Source: Enoplolaimus lenunculus (lineage: Eukaryota). Taken from it: a stretch of 64,000 nucleotides of DNA. Below the pieces are notes generated by a model that saw nothing but the letters and a program-made list of their open reading frames with translations, ran no database searches and was not told the origin of the DNA. Below, piece by piece: positions 36,830 through 51,452 of this stretch. Made by a program: the position numbers and the translations under genes. Numbering within the stretch: the stretch's first letter is position 1; every line of letters begins with the position of its first letter. Location: the NCBI GenBank assembly GCA_030248215.1, contig JASANG010003752.1:496001-560000 (forward strand). The letters run 5' to 3'.

Positions 36830-38691
36830 TGCTTATCGACGGTACACATAAAACCATAGATTTACCGCATATGACAAAGATAAATCAAGGACATTCTACC
36901 ATGCACTCGCAAGTATATATGCACGAAATTCATTAGCATACCTAAACCATAAAGTATAAACAATTGTAGCCTAACGTTTTTATTATAACTCCGCCCCAAC
37001 TCTTGTAATGAGCGAGTTTATTTCTACCGCACCAATCCTTTATGCTAAACTTAACCGCGAGACAGCAACCGACAAGTATAGTCAAACCAGAAACAACTAA
37101 CTGTGATCCTTAGTTAATCAATCTTCCCACAGTTTAAGTAATGACCTTGTCGGCATACTAGTTTTGTTCTAGGTAACCTGGTGCCGGTCCCACCACCTAG
37201 GCCTGTAGCCGGCTCACCATGCTGTAGAGGCGCTAAATCTTTTGAGAGGCGGATACAAAGGTTTCCGATGAGTTACAAGCGAGGTTGAAAAGTTTACAGG
37301 AGCCGCCGAAATTGTTGTCGGGGTGAAGTCGCTGAGCCCTCCCTTGCTCTCTCCGACCTCTGGCTACGGGCTCGCCATCATTGCTGTTGCCCGTGAGAGA
37401 GTTAATACCACTTTGACATTGTTTGCGTGTTTTGCTTAATGAAACTTTATGCGTCTCATAGATTAGTAGGCGGCTGCTGAAATAGGCAAAACCTGTTGCG
37501 AGAATATTGGTTATTTAGGCAGTATTTTCCCGGTGAGGTAGGATGAATAGGTCTGAGCACATAGGGATTAAATGTGAAGTAACTGTTGATAGAGGGGGAC
37601 TAAATTTTAATACGCTTTTTGTACACTTACCCTCATACTTATATGATTCCAAGTCTAAGGCATAGGGAGACACTCGGGCCAACGATTAGGTTTAGCCATT
37701 GGTAAGCCGTTTCCGCTAACCTAACCTTCAAAGCATGAGCACCCAAAGGCTAGAGTCAGGGTGCGACCGTATATCCGGATACGGTATTATATCCGGTTCC
37801 GGACGAAATTCGCTGTCCGGTTCCGGTATCTGGGAAATCAATATTCGATTGCACCCCGGGTGAATACATTCCTACATAGAACTCAGGAATGACATAAGCA
37901 TGCCTTCGCCTCTCACAGTACCATGGGCGTGGCTACCGTTAAAACTACTTGGGCTGCACTCACCTGCACATATTTGCAGGTTCCTATGACCCAATTCTAT
38001 TTTGCGGTATATTTTCACAAACAAATGAACCATTACATTTATACATGTAACGAAACGTCATACAGTTATCATAAACCTTCTGCATACTTAAAGGGTGTAA
38101 TTTTGAAGTTTGGGTGCCTGGTTCAAAAGTTAGAGTGACCAATTGTCTTTTGGTGATATCTGCAATACCCGTTTGAGAATACGACCACTTGCCTTTCCAC
38201 AGGCTTAGACTAATAAAGCATTTTTTAAGGATTACTCATAAAACTAAGCTTAAGTCTAAGCCTTTGCGTAAGCTTTTTCCTAAGCCTAATAACTTTTTAC
38301 ACTTAAACGTAATGCTTAAGCCTAAGCCTTTGCTTAAACATTTGCCTACATGCTTAAACCTAATATTTAAGCCTTAAACCCTTGTTTCGAAGCCTAATAA
38401 CTTTTTTGCACTGCTTCATAAGCGTTGAAATTCTAACTACAAAGCGTTCATATCTTTAATGGTTTAAACGAACCATACTATTAGACAGTGACAACAGTCA
38501 ACCGAAGTGATAAATGATAACAGATTAGTTTTCAAATGTTTTTAGAAAAGCGTTGAAAAAAAGCGAACCGCGTTTTGGTTAGTGTTGCTTTAGGAAGTTT
38601 TAGTAACAATTCTGTCTTGTAATCCGTCGGATAAAAAAGCTGGTAGGTACAAACCGGGCAATGTGCCAATTTGTCGTCTTATCCGTGGATG

Positions 38692-38846
38692 GGCCCATGT
38701 ATAGAACAGGGCCGGATCGTTTTCCGGAGGGGCTATAATAGAGTCGGTTTAAGCTATAGACTAATTTTTATGCTTAGGCTTAGGCTTGGGCTTAGGCTTA
38801 AGAATATGCTTATACTACTGTTCCGGCCCTGTTCTATACATGAGCC
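38692..38846 (-). mobile_element. Merlin-like MITE family A
   Basis: 25-bp TIRs; TSD cgtggatg/catggatg. Confidence 0.85.
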
Positions 38847-40684
38847 CATGGATGTATAGCTAGGATTCGGATTCGCGGAATGTCACGTCAATTACTTAGG
38901 CAAATATGGGTTAGTAAAGTCTATTTGTTTCAGCTAATATTTGGTTTTATTAACAGAAAAAGTATTGTCAAAGTGATTGGTGAGTGCCATCGTTTCCTTA
39001 GCCCTTTCTGGATACAGCTCTGGTCTAAGCCATTTAATAGTTGGATGGCGAGCGATTTGACGAAAATTGCATTAATAAGTGCAAAAGTGTTGCAATTTAC
39101 TGCAATCAGATTAATGTTTATTGTTCTGTCTGGGTTAGAGCGAAGATTGTTTTTTGAGGACAGCGCAACGAGGTGCACCCGCAGAAATGGAATTGAAGCG
39201 GTTCGCAGGCGCTTCATCTCAGCGAAACATTGAAACTTAATTGTCAAACAATGTACCGTTAAAATTTGATGAACAGTAAACATTTTAGATAAATTAAATT
39301 CACGTATTCCTGCTTATTTTAGCGTTATAAGCATTAAATTAAGTCTTATATAATCTCTTATTTTTGTGCGAAACATTTTTCAAAAGAAGCATGTAAAGGT
39401 TTTCGATGACTTACAAGCAAAGTTGAAAATTTTCTTGGATGACGAAATTCTTTAAGGTAGCCGTATGCTCAAACGCGTAGCACCTGTTGCCAGATAGTGT
39501 TTAGGCTCTGACATAAACGAACGGTGAATGCCACGGGTTTGGCGAATTGATCAAAACGAATGCGTTGAATTTCGAAGCTCACAACTAATTGGTTTAAACG
39601 TTTAAGTCCCTATAACCAACTTATAATATAGATTCTCCTCACATTTAAGCATATGGGCATACATTAAAGACCAAACGGCTACTTCCACTACGTTTTTAGA
39701 ATTTAAAACAACACTGATCTATTATAAATTCTAGACTTTTTGCTATTATTAATGATGTCATTGAATTATCAATTCGTCTGGCATTAAAAACCGTTGTCTA
39801 AAATTATCGTTAGCGGTGAATGGTAATGCACGGTCGTGTAAATGAAAACTATACCGCCGCTGGGATTCTATTTTATATAATAAATAAATAAATAAATAAA
39901 TAGTATATCACGTATTCTGCAAAACGTATCATCGTTATTTAACTTAGCCTTTGGATTTTCAGCGAAAAGGTTTGTGCGCTAGAACGCAACACAGTTTACC
40001 GGTGAATTTTAGCAAACTGCGAATTGCGAAAAATACAGACAGTTTTTTCAGAATATAGCAAATTGACTAACGCTAAAACTCGTTTTGAAATCACTGAAGC
40101 TACCGCTAGCTATACTATTCAGAATTTCTCCACATACCGTTCTTGTTTGGTACGTAAAAAGCGTTTAAAATAGCGTTTTATTTTTTAATCGATTGTTTAG
40201 CTTGTAGTGATATCTATCCGAAATAAGATGTCGTAAAGGTTAACACATTGATGCTAACGCTGCGTAAGCTAAAAACTTTTAGGCCTAAATTGGCCTTGAT
40301 TAATATATAGATCGTTGAGTATCAAAACTTTTAAAAATTCATGTTTGTTCATTGAAAAGTTTGCTAGTAACTTGAAATAGACCTTATGTACATTAATTGG
40401 AGCGCTTATTTTATGAATGCTTGGCAGCCGTCAATCAGTTACAAAAAATGTCTGTTCGATCAAGAAAGCCATCTTAGTCATGTTATCGGAATATAATTGA
40501 GTGTCTGTAAGTCATCAATAACATTAGTTTAAAAAGTCGATTGTTACCTATTTAGCCATACAATATTTACTAAATGTTCGTTTGATGGGTTTAACAGTAG
40601 CATAAGCATATTTACTACAATCCAAAATCTATCCCTCAGCCAAAAGATTAAACAACTATTTTCACCTGTAAGCATGTGATAGAT

Positions 40685-40840
40685 CAGTATCGGAGCAGGC
40701 AGGGGTGGGGGCTCCCCCCAAATACCAGGTTGGGGGCCCAGAAACTCGCGAGCGAAGCCAGCGAGAAGCAGGGCGGGGGTCTCTTTAGGGGTGTGGGCCC
40801 CCCAAATATGGGGAATGGGGGGGTGGATGCTCCGGCCCTG
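40685..40840 (+). mobile_element. hAT-like MITE family I; further copies at ~16923-17097, 26848-27020 and 53910-54104
   Basis: CAGTATCGGAGCA ... TGCTCCGGCCCTG; TSD tgatagat/tgagagat. Confidence 0.8.
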
Positions 40841-40952
40841 TGAGAGATGCTTGTCCTGGTTCATATGCAATATGTGCAATGCACATTGTATACTATGCTT
40901 ACCGGTACGTTACGGTCAACATATAGTCAACGATAGACGCAGTTAAACAAAT

Positions 40953-41130
40953 GAGCTGCGTGGCGCAGTTGTAGAGTGGCCGCTAAAGATCCGCAGGCTT
41001 ACAGTTCGATCCCAGCGACGGAGGCCTGCTTTTCCAGCTGCTTAGTTAGAAAGGTCTGAAGGCCCGGTGCCTACCTAGACTGACCATTCCTAAGCCTGTG
41101 CAGAAATAACCTAATGGATAAGCTAACACT
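40953..41130 (+). mobile_element. tRNA-derived SINE
   Basis: A box TGGCGCAGTTG (40961) and B box GTTCGATCC (41004) at Pol III spacing, followed by a non-tRNA body. Confidence 0.55.
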
Positions 41131-42699
41131 ATTAGCATTTTGCAGAAAACCAACGTGCGTCGCAAAGCAAACATGGATCGAATATAGTATTACGAGTACT
41201 GGAAACTTAGTAATTACATGAAAAATCGCCAAATCTCAACAAAAAGATTAGCTTATCTTTAATTAGCAATCTTGTATATTTGCTTAGTAAATTTACAAAT
41301 TCCTAAGCGTTCAAATCAATCTCGCAAGCTTTGCTCTTTCACTCGCCCAATTTTCCACCCGTTAGAATAATGAATCGAAATTTGCCGCTCGGTTATATTC
41401 CAAACTGGTAAACGGCATTAGCGCAAGTACGTTTAACTCCAAAATCACTTAATTTCACGCTTATATGCCTGTAACACTGATTTTAATTAACAGACCATAT
41501 TATATTTCAAACAATAAACAGTAGTCAAATCGTTCACCACATGGTACTGTTCGCTCAAACGGAATCGCTCAAATTTCAAAACTGTTTTATCTTCACGTTT
41601 CAAGCGACACGAAGTGTCCATGAATTGACCGGATATTCGGTTCCTGTTTACTATCTGCCAAATTACCGACATCCGTATTCGTTTCCGGCAATCGGTATAT
41701 ACCTAACCGGATACCGGACATTTGCAGCTGTGGTGCCGAATGTTACAAAACCGCTTGTTACAGGTGAAACTAGTCATTGTTCGCTGAACCTACGTCTCCG
41801 GGTGAGCCCAGAAGCTGAAGTTATTGAAATTGAAACAAAATTAAAAAATGTACGCACACAATTAATTTAAAATTTGCACGAGGAGTCAAACACTACCAAT
41901 AGTACATAAAATTTTATCACTGTTTCAGCGTTGCTTGCAAACTGTTAAAGCATAATTGCCAACCAAATCCGCGGATCCCTCTACACACCCCCGAGAAGAC
42001 CAGGCCCTTGGCTGGTCCCCGTTTTTGGGCAAAATCCAATCGTTTTGCTATTTCGAAAAATTCAGCTAATTCGGCGCAATTCAGGCTAAATATTGCGTTA
42101 TTTTAACTTTTACTTCATTTCTGGCTCGCTTCGTCTGCGAATTTTGTACTGACGTCAAATGTTGTGACACTTAAATGTGCCACCTATTTTTAGATAAACT
42201 GCTCCACGACCCTTGGTTGATACACTACAAAGAGCCTCGTACCGCAGGCGGGGGACCTAAGTACCCTGACAGCGGCATTGTCGCCAACCTTCTCTATTTT
42301 ACTTTGTTTGGAATGCTACAACTGGTCAAAGCCACACTGACGATATGGCTCAACAACCAGCGTTCGTCCAACATCATCAAATTCACCTAACTTTAGATTA
42401 ATTTAGGCCAATGAAACGAAAATACCTTTTAATTCGATTTGCGGCATACCCGTTTTAGCCGTTTACGCAGCAAACACGTGATCTTATTTTAAAAACAGGT
42501 TACTAAGCGTTCAATCTTACTCGCACTTGACTGCAAATATGATATTTCAACAGAAACAACTAAAAGTTCAAGCGTATAAATTTATAAATTAGTTTAATTT
42601 TCGATCTATCATAGAATAAAATATCAAAAGGTATTAACTTTCCCGGCAAACCATATGGGACCGCCCAAGGCGTTGCCCTCAAGATGGATCAAACCTCAC

Positions 42700-42891
42700 G
42701 GCTCATGTTACTTTAAGGGCGTCCAGGTTTCTAGTGGTTCTATAAAAGAGTAGGTTTAGATGCTGATTTATTCTGTTTTGCTTTTAGGCTTAGGCTTAGG
42801 TTTATGCTTAGCAACTCATTTTTGCAACGCCTAAGCGTAGGCTTTGGAATACGCTTAATCTATTGTTACGCCCCTTAAAGTAACATTGGCC
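42700..42891 (-). mobile_element. Merlin-like MITE family B
   Basis: TIRs; perfect TSD aacctcac. Confidence 0.9.
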
Positions 42892-45800
42892 AACCTCACA
42901 ATGAATTGAAAGCAAAACATTGCATTATAATATTTAGTACTAAAATTGCGTTTGGCATCTCGCTCGACTCGTTCGTGCGCTTCTATTACTATATAATGGA
43001 ACACTCGGCGCTCGTCGAAAATTTCTAGAACGGTCATTGAGGACAAATATAAAAATATTAACCGTTCGTCAAGGTTGCGGTCAAAAAGTTGACCGGTCAC
43101 TACTATGAGCGGTAAACTTCAAGTGAAATATATTAATACTATTTCTCAAGTTGTCTTATCAGTCATAAAACGTGGTTCACTGTATATTCCCCGACGGACC
43201 ATCACCAAAAGGTGAACTTAAGCGGAGAATGGTAGCGACAGGTATATATACATCTATGCTCGTTTGGCGTGACATGCATAATTCATTACTCAACTAGAAA
43301 ACTTTATAAATATTCATACCGTATATGTAGAACTTTTGGCGAGTCTCAAAAACAAAGACATTTTGTAAACCTTCATGAACAAGAGCTAACCGTATTGTCA
43401 CGTATTCATGGGTATATATTACTCGATTGTGTGCAAATTGGAGCCCACGGCGAAACTCATATCCCTTAGATTTATTTTGAACCGAAAAGTTTCCACCCTG
43501 CGTGTAAAGTCTCGCTAAAATTACCGTATATCGGTCAAAATTTTTTTCGGCCCCGAGTAACATGTTAACCTGACTAAACGCGTTGATAAATTATAACAAA
43601 ACTCGTCCCATTAACCTAATTGATAAAAATAACATTTTGATGGCATATGGGTTACGCTGCGATATGGCATATCACAATATAAGAAAAAAGCAATGTTTAG
43701 CAGCGATTTTTAGGTACACCATTACATGAGCCAGCCTGTAGCCAGCTCACCTGGCTAGGGGATTAAACATTTTTCTGGAGGGGCCACACAAGGGTTTTTG
43801 CTGACTTACAAGTAAGGCTGAAAATTTTCTATTTTGGGGAGGTGGCAACATTCCCCATGGGGAGGGGGCTGAACCCCTTCTGCGTCCGCCCCTTGGCTAT
43901 GAGCTTGCAAATGAGATTTAGTTTTACTAGCAATGCTTTTGAAACAGGTGGTCAGCTTTTAGTTAGAGGGAGCGTAAAGTTAGTGGTTGGTCGCTTCGGC
44001 AAAACTTTGTCGTATTCAACCCAATTCCGAATTGGGCTAGTCCAAATCCAATTTCGAATTTTGCTAGCCCAAGGTAAAGCTGTGCGTTTTGTAGTCGTAA
44101 TCCTTTTTGATCCCACTTTGCTCAGTGAAACGGCGATTTCTTAGCCAATCAGAGAAAAGTATTTGCATCAGCCAATCGTGTCTAAATATGGCATTAAAAT
44201 AGTAAACAATCACAAGACGTGCACTTGTCGCATAGAAAGAATTACGCCGCGTGCTACGACACATACATTACATATGCATACATATATACATTTTGGAAGT
44301 CACTATTCGAGGACCATAGGAAAAGCCAACACTATACAGAGAGCGTTGCGATAGATCGAAATGTTTTTTTGTAAATTTTGTTTGTCTTCATTGTTCACAA
44401 ATCATCTGTGGACACATCAATCATTGTACTAACAAAGCTGATACTAACAGAGGCTGGTCCCTGAAAAAGGTATAAATATTTAAACACATGTAAACATTAT
44501 AACGTGATTGATCCATAAAACCTACAAAAACTAAATGTTCGTATTGAAATTGAAAACATTTTGCTGCAACGAAATGCGCTGGCTTCTGTCTCCCTTCGCT
44601 AGAGCGATTTGTTTGTACTAACAGTCATTCTTTTGGGCGTTAGGTGCCTACCAAAAATAAAGATTCCTTCCCAGACTACGCCAAAAACAAAAATCTTAAC
44701 GATTCCGCCGTTTTGCGCTAGCTGCTATTCATATATTTGACACCTCTAGAAAAATTATTCTGGCGTCGTCGAAGGTTTAGCCCTATTTGACCTATATTCT
44801 CAAAACAAACTATGCTTTCTATTAGTTTTAGAACAATAAAGATCTACTATGTTTGCAAACAAAATGGCACAATATTTACCATTAAACTGTCTTAAGGAGG
44901 CCCATAATTTAAAAAATTGATTAAACGTAACTTTAAAATTAGCATCACAAAATTAAATGTGGCACCAAATACATATGCGGCAAGCGTTGCTCGTTGTTGC
45001 ATTAAATCTTGCCAAAACTTGGCTCACATAACCTTCCACACAAGCTTCACCCCAAACCTAAGCTTCAGTACATACCAACATCTTAATAGCCAAAGCCTAA
45101 AATTAGGTTTCGGGTCAAGCTTGTGTGAAAATGTACATGAGCTAAGATACTGAAAGAAATCTAGGCGTAGTTTAAGCCTAAGCCTATTCCTAATGCCAAA
45201 TGCAAGCTATGCCAAAACCTGAAAAAATGAAAACTGTGGGGAAACGATAGACGAGTCAAAATATTTTAAATGAGTCGAAAATCACAGTCGGTCTATTGTA
45301 ATTTGATTGCTAAAGTAAATATTTTTCATTTGACTTAACGATGAATATCTTTATAAATTATAGAACTTGCATTTGGCACCGCGGGAATAGCAAAACAAAC
45401 CCGTCATAATTGCAACAAACAAACTTTGTTGTAAACAACTTGGACACAACTCAAATATCATAAAGTAGAAATTTGCATTCAAACGTTTTATGTTCTTGAA
45501 AATATAAATTGTAAGCCAGCAAACTTTTGATACCGCGCCTACAAACAACTGTACGATCCAAGTATTCATTAAAGACGTGCCCGTGGATGTGTTTTTCGAA
45601 CTTGAAATGACACCTTTAGCAAATCACAATTTTTAATAACATACAGCCCAAACAACTACTGGAACAAAAAAACATTAACGTCCAATATCGCAGTTTTTAT
45701 ACAGCCCAACAAAACCCATTTCAGTTTTACCGATAACGAACCAACGCATTGAACGTTTTGGCTCGGCTCAGTTGCCTGATTTGACCAATAAAAAATTTTC

Positions 45801-46011
45801 GATGCTCCAACAATAATGACAAATACAACTTATTCATAAAACTGTCTTTGTTAATACTACTACACATTTTGCTGATCGGCGAGCCTAAACCTAAGCCTTA
45901 ACCTCAGCTTAAGCCTGAATTATGCCAAAATCAGAAAACCTATATAGCTTCGGGGTAATTAGAAAAACTCCCACCTTCTTTTCGTGGTTTGTCTAGTTTG
46001 TTACACAAGTG

Positions 46012-46207
46012 GGTCCATGCAAAAAAGAACAGAGGCGTAACGTTTTTCTGTAGGGCTAGAAAAGAGTAAGCTTAAGCTTTATACTATTTTTTTGCCTGGA
46101 TTAGGCTTAGGCTTAGGCTTATGCTAAGGAATATGCTCATTCTTACGCTTAGGCTTAGGCTAATAGACTTTGGCTTATAATACTGTTCCGCCCCTGTTGT
46201 TAGCATA
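46012..46207 (-). mobile_element. Merlin-like MITE family A variant
   Basis: Colinear with the 13112 and 51613 copies; TTAGGC repeats. Confidence 0.7.
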
Positions 46208-47081
46208 AAATCAGAGTCTTAAGTCTGGCGAGAACCCCCACTTTGTCTGCTCCGGCACTGCCAATGAGATGGCACATCATGGCATATATAAACCAGTAAA
46301 AACCTTAAAATCAGGTCACACTTTTACTTTCAGTAACAATACAAATAAAGCTGAAAAATTTCTCTTTCAAACTATCGCAGAAATTGATTGGTTGATACTA
46401 AAGTCAAGGTTTGGTTGAACTGAAAGTAATAATAAAACTTATACAGCAAAGCTGCTTCAATTAATACATTTATATGATGAATCGCGTTTCGCACGCCCCC
46501 TAAGCCTGGTTCGTTTGGGCGAGCTAAAAAACCCCTCGGTCTTCGAGAACAAAATCAATTTTAATAACTTTGGTGAATCAAAAAGGGAAACACAACCGGA
46601 TTCTCGCTCGCTTCGCCCGCGACCTTTCATCACTACATTTAACCTAAAAAAGCGAACCTATATTTTTAATCTATAGGGCAACCGCCGAATCCCCGACCCT
46701 AAAATCATTCATTCGCCACAGCTAAAGGGCCCCGAAGGTTGGTCTTAACAGTCGACCGACCCGGGTATCCCTAGAAACAGCCCAGCCCACAATTTATCAT
46801 AGAAACGCTCGAAACGATTTTACGTTCTTCCAAAGTGTCAACGCATGCTAAAGTTGCTGTGCCAACAAGGATTGTTGCGCCCGTCAAGTGGATCAAGACG
46901 AGTTCAGCACATGAGGGTATCGTACAAAGACAAACATTAGAGTATACCTACGTTTCCTGCTGGTTCAATATCTCGGTATAGTATTTGTAGCTAAGAATTG
47001 TGCTCTGAACTTGCGTTATGCGGTCGTTCTGAACTCGCGTTACTACATGTGTTACACTTGTGTTTTTACGTTACTAACTAT

Positions 47082-47260
47082 GGTCAATGTTATTTTAGGA
47101 GGTGTGACAGTAGATTAAGCGTATTCGTAAGCCTAAGCCTAAGCGTTGCACAAATATGTTCCTACGCCTAAGCCTAAGGGAAAAACTGTAATCTAGAATC
47201 GAAACCTACTCTTTCACGGACCCACTTGATACCTGGACGCTGCTTAAAGTAACTTGGGCC
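47082..47260 (+). mobile_element. Merlin-like MITE family B
   Basis: Both TIRs present; TSD not evident. Confidence 0.75.
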
Positions 47261-47689
47261 GTTCTTAGCCAAACAAACTAGTTCGAGCTTCGTTAAGCTA
47301 TTCTATTACTGGTTTATGCCAGTTACAATTGAGGTTCTATTTTTTGTCCCAAATATAAACTGGTTACTCGTTTTGCATCAAAATACCGTTTTACAATTGT
47401 TTCTCGGTTGCAATTCTGATTTTACTCCGTCATTCAAATTCAACGTTGTTGCACACTGCATAAACGCTACATTGTAATTTATTTATTATTGTGTTTTTGC
47501 AGTAATACTTTTAGCAAATTTTGACGTTTGTGTCAACTATTTGCACTTTTGCTATTTTAGCACACGGTTTGCGAAATTCTTGAGCCAACGCAATGCAAGC
47601 AGTTTGTCAAACAACAAACGGATGGTGATGATTTTAGCAGCAAGTTACGCGACAACAATCAAAGCGAGTATGCGGCTGATGCTTTGATG

Positions 47690-47884
47690 GGCCAATATTA
47701 CTTTTAGGGGCGTAACAGTAGATTTAGCGTATGCCTAAGCCTAAACCTAAGCCTAAGCGTTGTAAAAATGTGTTCCTAAGCCTAAGCCTGAGCCTAAGCC
47801 TAAGCAAAAAATGCAATCTAAAAACTACACCTACTCTTTTATAGACCCACCAGAAACGTGCACGCCCTTAAAGTAACATGGACC
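47690..47884 (+). mobile_element. Merlin-like MITE family B
   Basis: TIRs; perfect TSD ctttgatg. Confidence 0.9.
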
Positions 47885-48824
47885 CTTTGATGGATACGCT
47901 GGGTACGTAGTTGGAACAGCAACGACTTGCATGCTGATAAACCAACAACGTCGTTTACGTCTACTGCGGCGAAATCGACGCCACGTTTATGCCAACGAGA
48001 ACGAACACTCGCCTCAATCTCTTCATGAATCGCCAAATTTTTCTCCAGTAAGGTTTGCAAGCGTGCAAAACGTGACACTTAGCTATGCATTCAACTGGCA
48101 GACATTCAGCGATGTTCGAGTGTGCCGGACGTTTATACCATGCCTTAACAACGCGCGTTTGTATATCGGGACCACAATACGCCGTGCTACAACTGCCACT
48201 CTACGACGTTGAGCTGGTGGCGAACAGATGGAGACTCGTACCCAATCCATTCTTGCAAAGAAATTTCAGCTTGGTCCCACTGCGCAACATGAGGTTTTGA
48301 GTACTAGAAATCACCAGGTTGGTAAAACCTTTGTTTATCTTAGGAGGATATTCTGCACTTGATGCCAGCTGATTATTGGCCTGAACTAGCTTAAGCAAAT
48401 TATGAAGCATCAGGAAACTTACAAATGGTTTGTCAAATTGTTACAAGCTACACTGAATCTTTTCTTTTTCACTCGTGCACCACTGCCAGCTGCGAAACAT
48501 AGCCGCTCAGCATACTTGTGGTACAAGTAACACAAGCTGGAACGTGCATTAACCGTTCCTCAGTATGACACAAAGAGTTATTCTTCGAAGGTATCGTGGT
48601 TGTAGTGCTGTTCTTATATGAGCCGTGGTATAATTACCAGTACGACTGGTGTGTAAAAATTTGTAAATAACATTTATCTCACATTTTATCATTTTTATGA
48701 CATGTATAACAAAGGAACATTACTGAGATGTATTTCAAATGCAAATAATCCAGGGTAAGTTTATTTAATTTATTTGTGAACGGCAAATCATCTTTTCTCA
48801 AATTTCAAGTTGTATGGAAAAGAT

Positions 48825-49002
48825 GGCCAATGTTACTTTAAGGGACGTAACAGTAGATTAAGCGTATTCTTAAGCCTAAGCCTAAGCCTAAGCGTTGCAA
48901 AAATGTGTGCCTAAGCCTAAGCAAAACAATGTAATCTAGACTCTGAAGTTACTGTTTTATAGACCCACCAGAAACCTTGATTCCCTTAAAGTAACATGGG
49001 CC
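48825..49002 (+). mobile_element. Merlin-like MITE family B
   Basis: TIR GGCCAATGTTACTTTAAGGG; perfect TSD gaaaagat. Confidence 0.9.
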
Positions 49003-49680
49003 GAAAAGATTCTAAGTTCCAACATTTTTAAGATAAAATTAGTTTGTTTTTGAAGTGGTTTAAAATAAAAACTTCAAGCTTCAACGCCAACAATTTATTG
49101 GTAACTACGATATATCGAAATTTCAACGAACAGGAGGTTGAATAAACTTTATTTACGCTTCGCTACTGTTACTTCCGTGCCAAGTAAAGTGCCAAGATAC
49201 TTTTCAGAGTTTATTGGCTAAAAACGGATTTGCGCTTGGACGATCACTCATAGCTCAGCCAGTTCATTTCACAAATCGGTATTGGCCAATCCAAGAATTT
49301 TATTTTTGGCATACAGTTGGGGTTTACCACGTATATTATACTTCAAGTCCAGTTTATCGTTCTATGGGTTAGGTGTAATATTGTCACAGAGTATCTTCAA
49401 AAATTGCGTCAAAAAAGTGTCATTTGCTTTTCTAGTATGTTTATCGTCCGTGTCCACTGTGGGTTACGCGGATCGTTTCCAGAGGGCGGCCAGAGGGGCT
49501 CCAACTCCCATCCTGAAAAAATTTTGCCCTTCAAGTAAAGTTTCAATCGCGCTTGTAAGTCTATACAACCCATTCTTTCCCCTCCTGAAAAATTTTAACC
49601 CTCTTAGCCGCGTTGAACTGGCTACGGGCCTGATGGTACTCCGTTTTAGCTAACTTGATAAAAGCCGCAAAACGTTTAAT

Positions 49681-49891
49681 CAGTGCCGGCCAAAGTTAGA
49701 GTGAGCCCCCCAAAAAATACCAGGGTGGAGGCCATTTGCGATGGTCGAAATATTTTTCAAATTCTATTAATGGTTTTTTGTTTAAAATCTGTTTTTGTTC
49801 AAAATCTTGTAAGGGTGGTGGGAAATGGTTGCGGTGCCCGCCCTAAGTTGGGTATGGGGAATGGAGTATGAGGGTGACTGCTCCGGCCCTA
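49681..49891 (+). mobile_element. Family I MITE
   Basis: Perfect TSD cgtttaat. Confidence 0.8.
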
Positions 49892-50258
49892 CGTTTAATC
49901 GCTATTAAACACTAATTGCAGTGTATGGCTGCTCCGGATGAATGCTTTCAGGATATTGTGTTGGTATCCATCGGTATACATTGTACCTTGATTCACCAGA
50001 ATTCTTAAGATGGGTAGGGGTAGTAGCAATATATCTGACGGAAATATCTGGAATATACCTTGAACAACGTATAGTTTTATAAGCCGTAAGACTGCAGAGG
50101 GTTTAAATAATTTCTTGCTCGGTCGCACCATACCTTTACCCATAGTTATCCTCTTTTAAAATGAAATTCAGGCTACGGCCCTGTGATTGACATCCATTAA
50201 TTTAGACGTCCTATTTTTAACCAATTTGTGTAACATCTTTTAGAAGCCAATTGTTTCG

Positions 50259-50421
50259 CAGGCCCGTAGCCAGCTCACTGTGTTAGGGGGGCTAAAAATT
50301 TTTCAAAAAGGGGCATACAAGGGTTTTCAACGACTACAAGCAAGGTTGAAAATTTTCTAGGGGGGAGCAAAATTTTACCAAGGGGGGCTGAGCCCCCCTG
50401 GCCCCCTTGGTTACGGGCTCG
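50259..50421 (+). mobile_element. Family E MITE
   Basis: Closest to the family consensus; both TIRs present. Confidence 0.85.
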
Positions 50422-50940
50422 CAGCCCTGCTGTTTAAATCAGACCGTTATTTACATTTGTTTGGGTAATTTACCTTGGTTATATTAAAAAGCCATCTTTG
50501 GTTTCACATGTTCTAGTCTACTGCCATGTATCGTTTAATGGGGGTGCTATACTTTGAGAACGGCCAGGCGCCGTTCGTTACCGCGTCCGACACTGTTAGG
50601 CACCGCAGCACAACGCACGTGTAACCACGCATGGCACAGCATATCAATTTGTAAACAAAAATTTTTTGACGTGCCGCCCAGTCCGGCGACAAACGGTGCC
50701 TCACGACACAAGTATAGCGCCACCGTGAAGGTGGGATAAAACTTAACCAGGGCAACCAAGAACTTGCATGCATATAAGGTCGCTAAAAATTGTGCCATAC
50801 CCCTAAAGTGTAAGTACAATAGGTATGAACTATTAGTATTTTTAAGTTTCGACCAAACACTTTAGCGTAAAATCTGAGCCCAATCCTACGCCTAAATTTA
50901 TGCCAAATTCTGAAAATTTAAACGGCTGTAGTCGCAAAGT

Positions 50941-51107
50941 CGGGCCCGTAGCCCCAAGGGGGGCAGGGATGGCTCAGCCTTCTGGGCAAATTTTGCCCCC
51001 CCCCCCCAGAAAATTTTCAACCATGCTTGTAAAGTCATTAAAATCCTTGTATACCTTCTTGAAAAACTTTTAGCCCCTCCTAGCAAGATGAGCTGGCTAC
51101 GGGCTTG
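50941..51107 (-). mobile_element. Family E MITE
   Basis: TSD cgcaaagt/cgcgaagt. Confidence 0.85.
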
Positions 51108-51384
51108 CGCGAAGTGTAGTAGAGTCGAATTTATGGAACCAGATTTATCCTAAAATAACATTCATAAGAACGATCTACGGACGATTTCTTGTGTCTCCTT
51201 CCTGGTTTCACCCCTGGCCTATAGGGAACACAGAAATTAGAGATAAGCAAAGCGATTGCAACAAGCACTGTTGATTGATTAAAATATATAATTACAATAA
51301 TTATGGCATATAGCAAATATTACCACTAAGGCATCAATCATATGGTACACGTTGTTGATATTTTTTGTATGTTTTGGGAAAGAA

Positions 51385-51452
51385 TAGCGGATCTTTTAAA
51401 GTTGGCGTTTTTGTGCTTCGCATGCGAAACGCCAACTTTAAAAGATCCGCTA
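51385..51452. other. Perfect 26-bp inverted repeat with 16-nt loop
   Basis: TAGCGGATCTTTTAAAGTTGGCGTTT ... AAACGCCAACTTTAAAAGATCCGCTA. Confidence 0.9.

Noticed and set aside
50259..51107. Composite transposon formed by inverted family E copies
   Set aside because: The right copy has its own TSD and the outer flanks share none, indicating independent insertions
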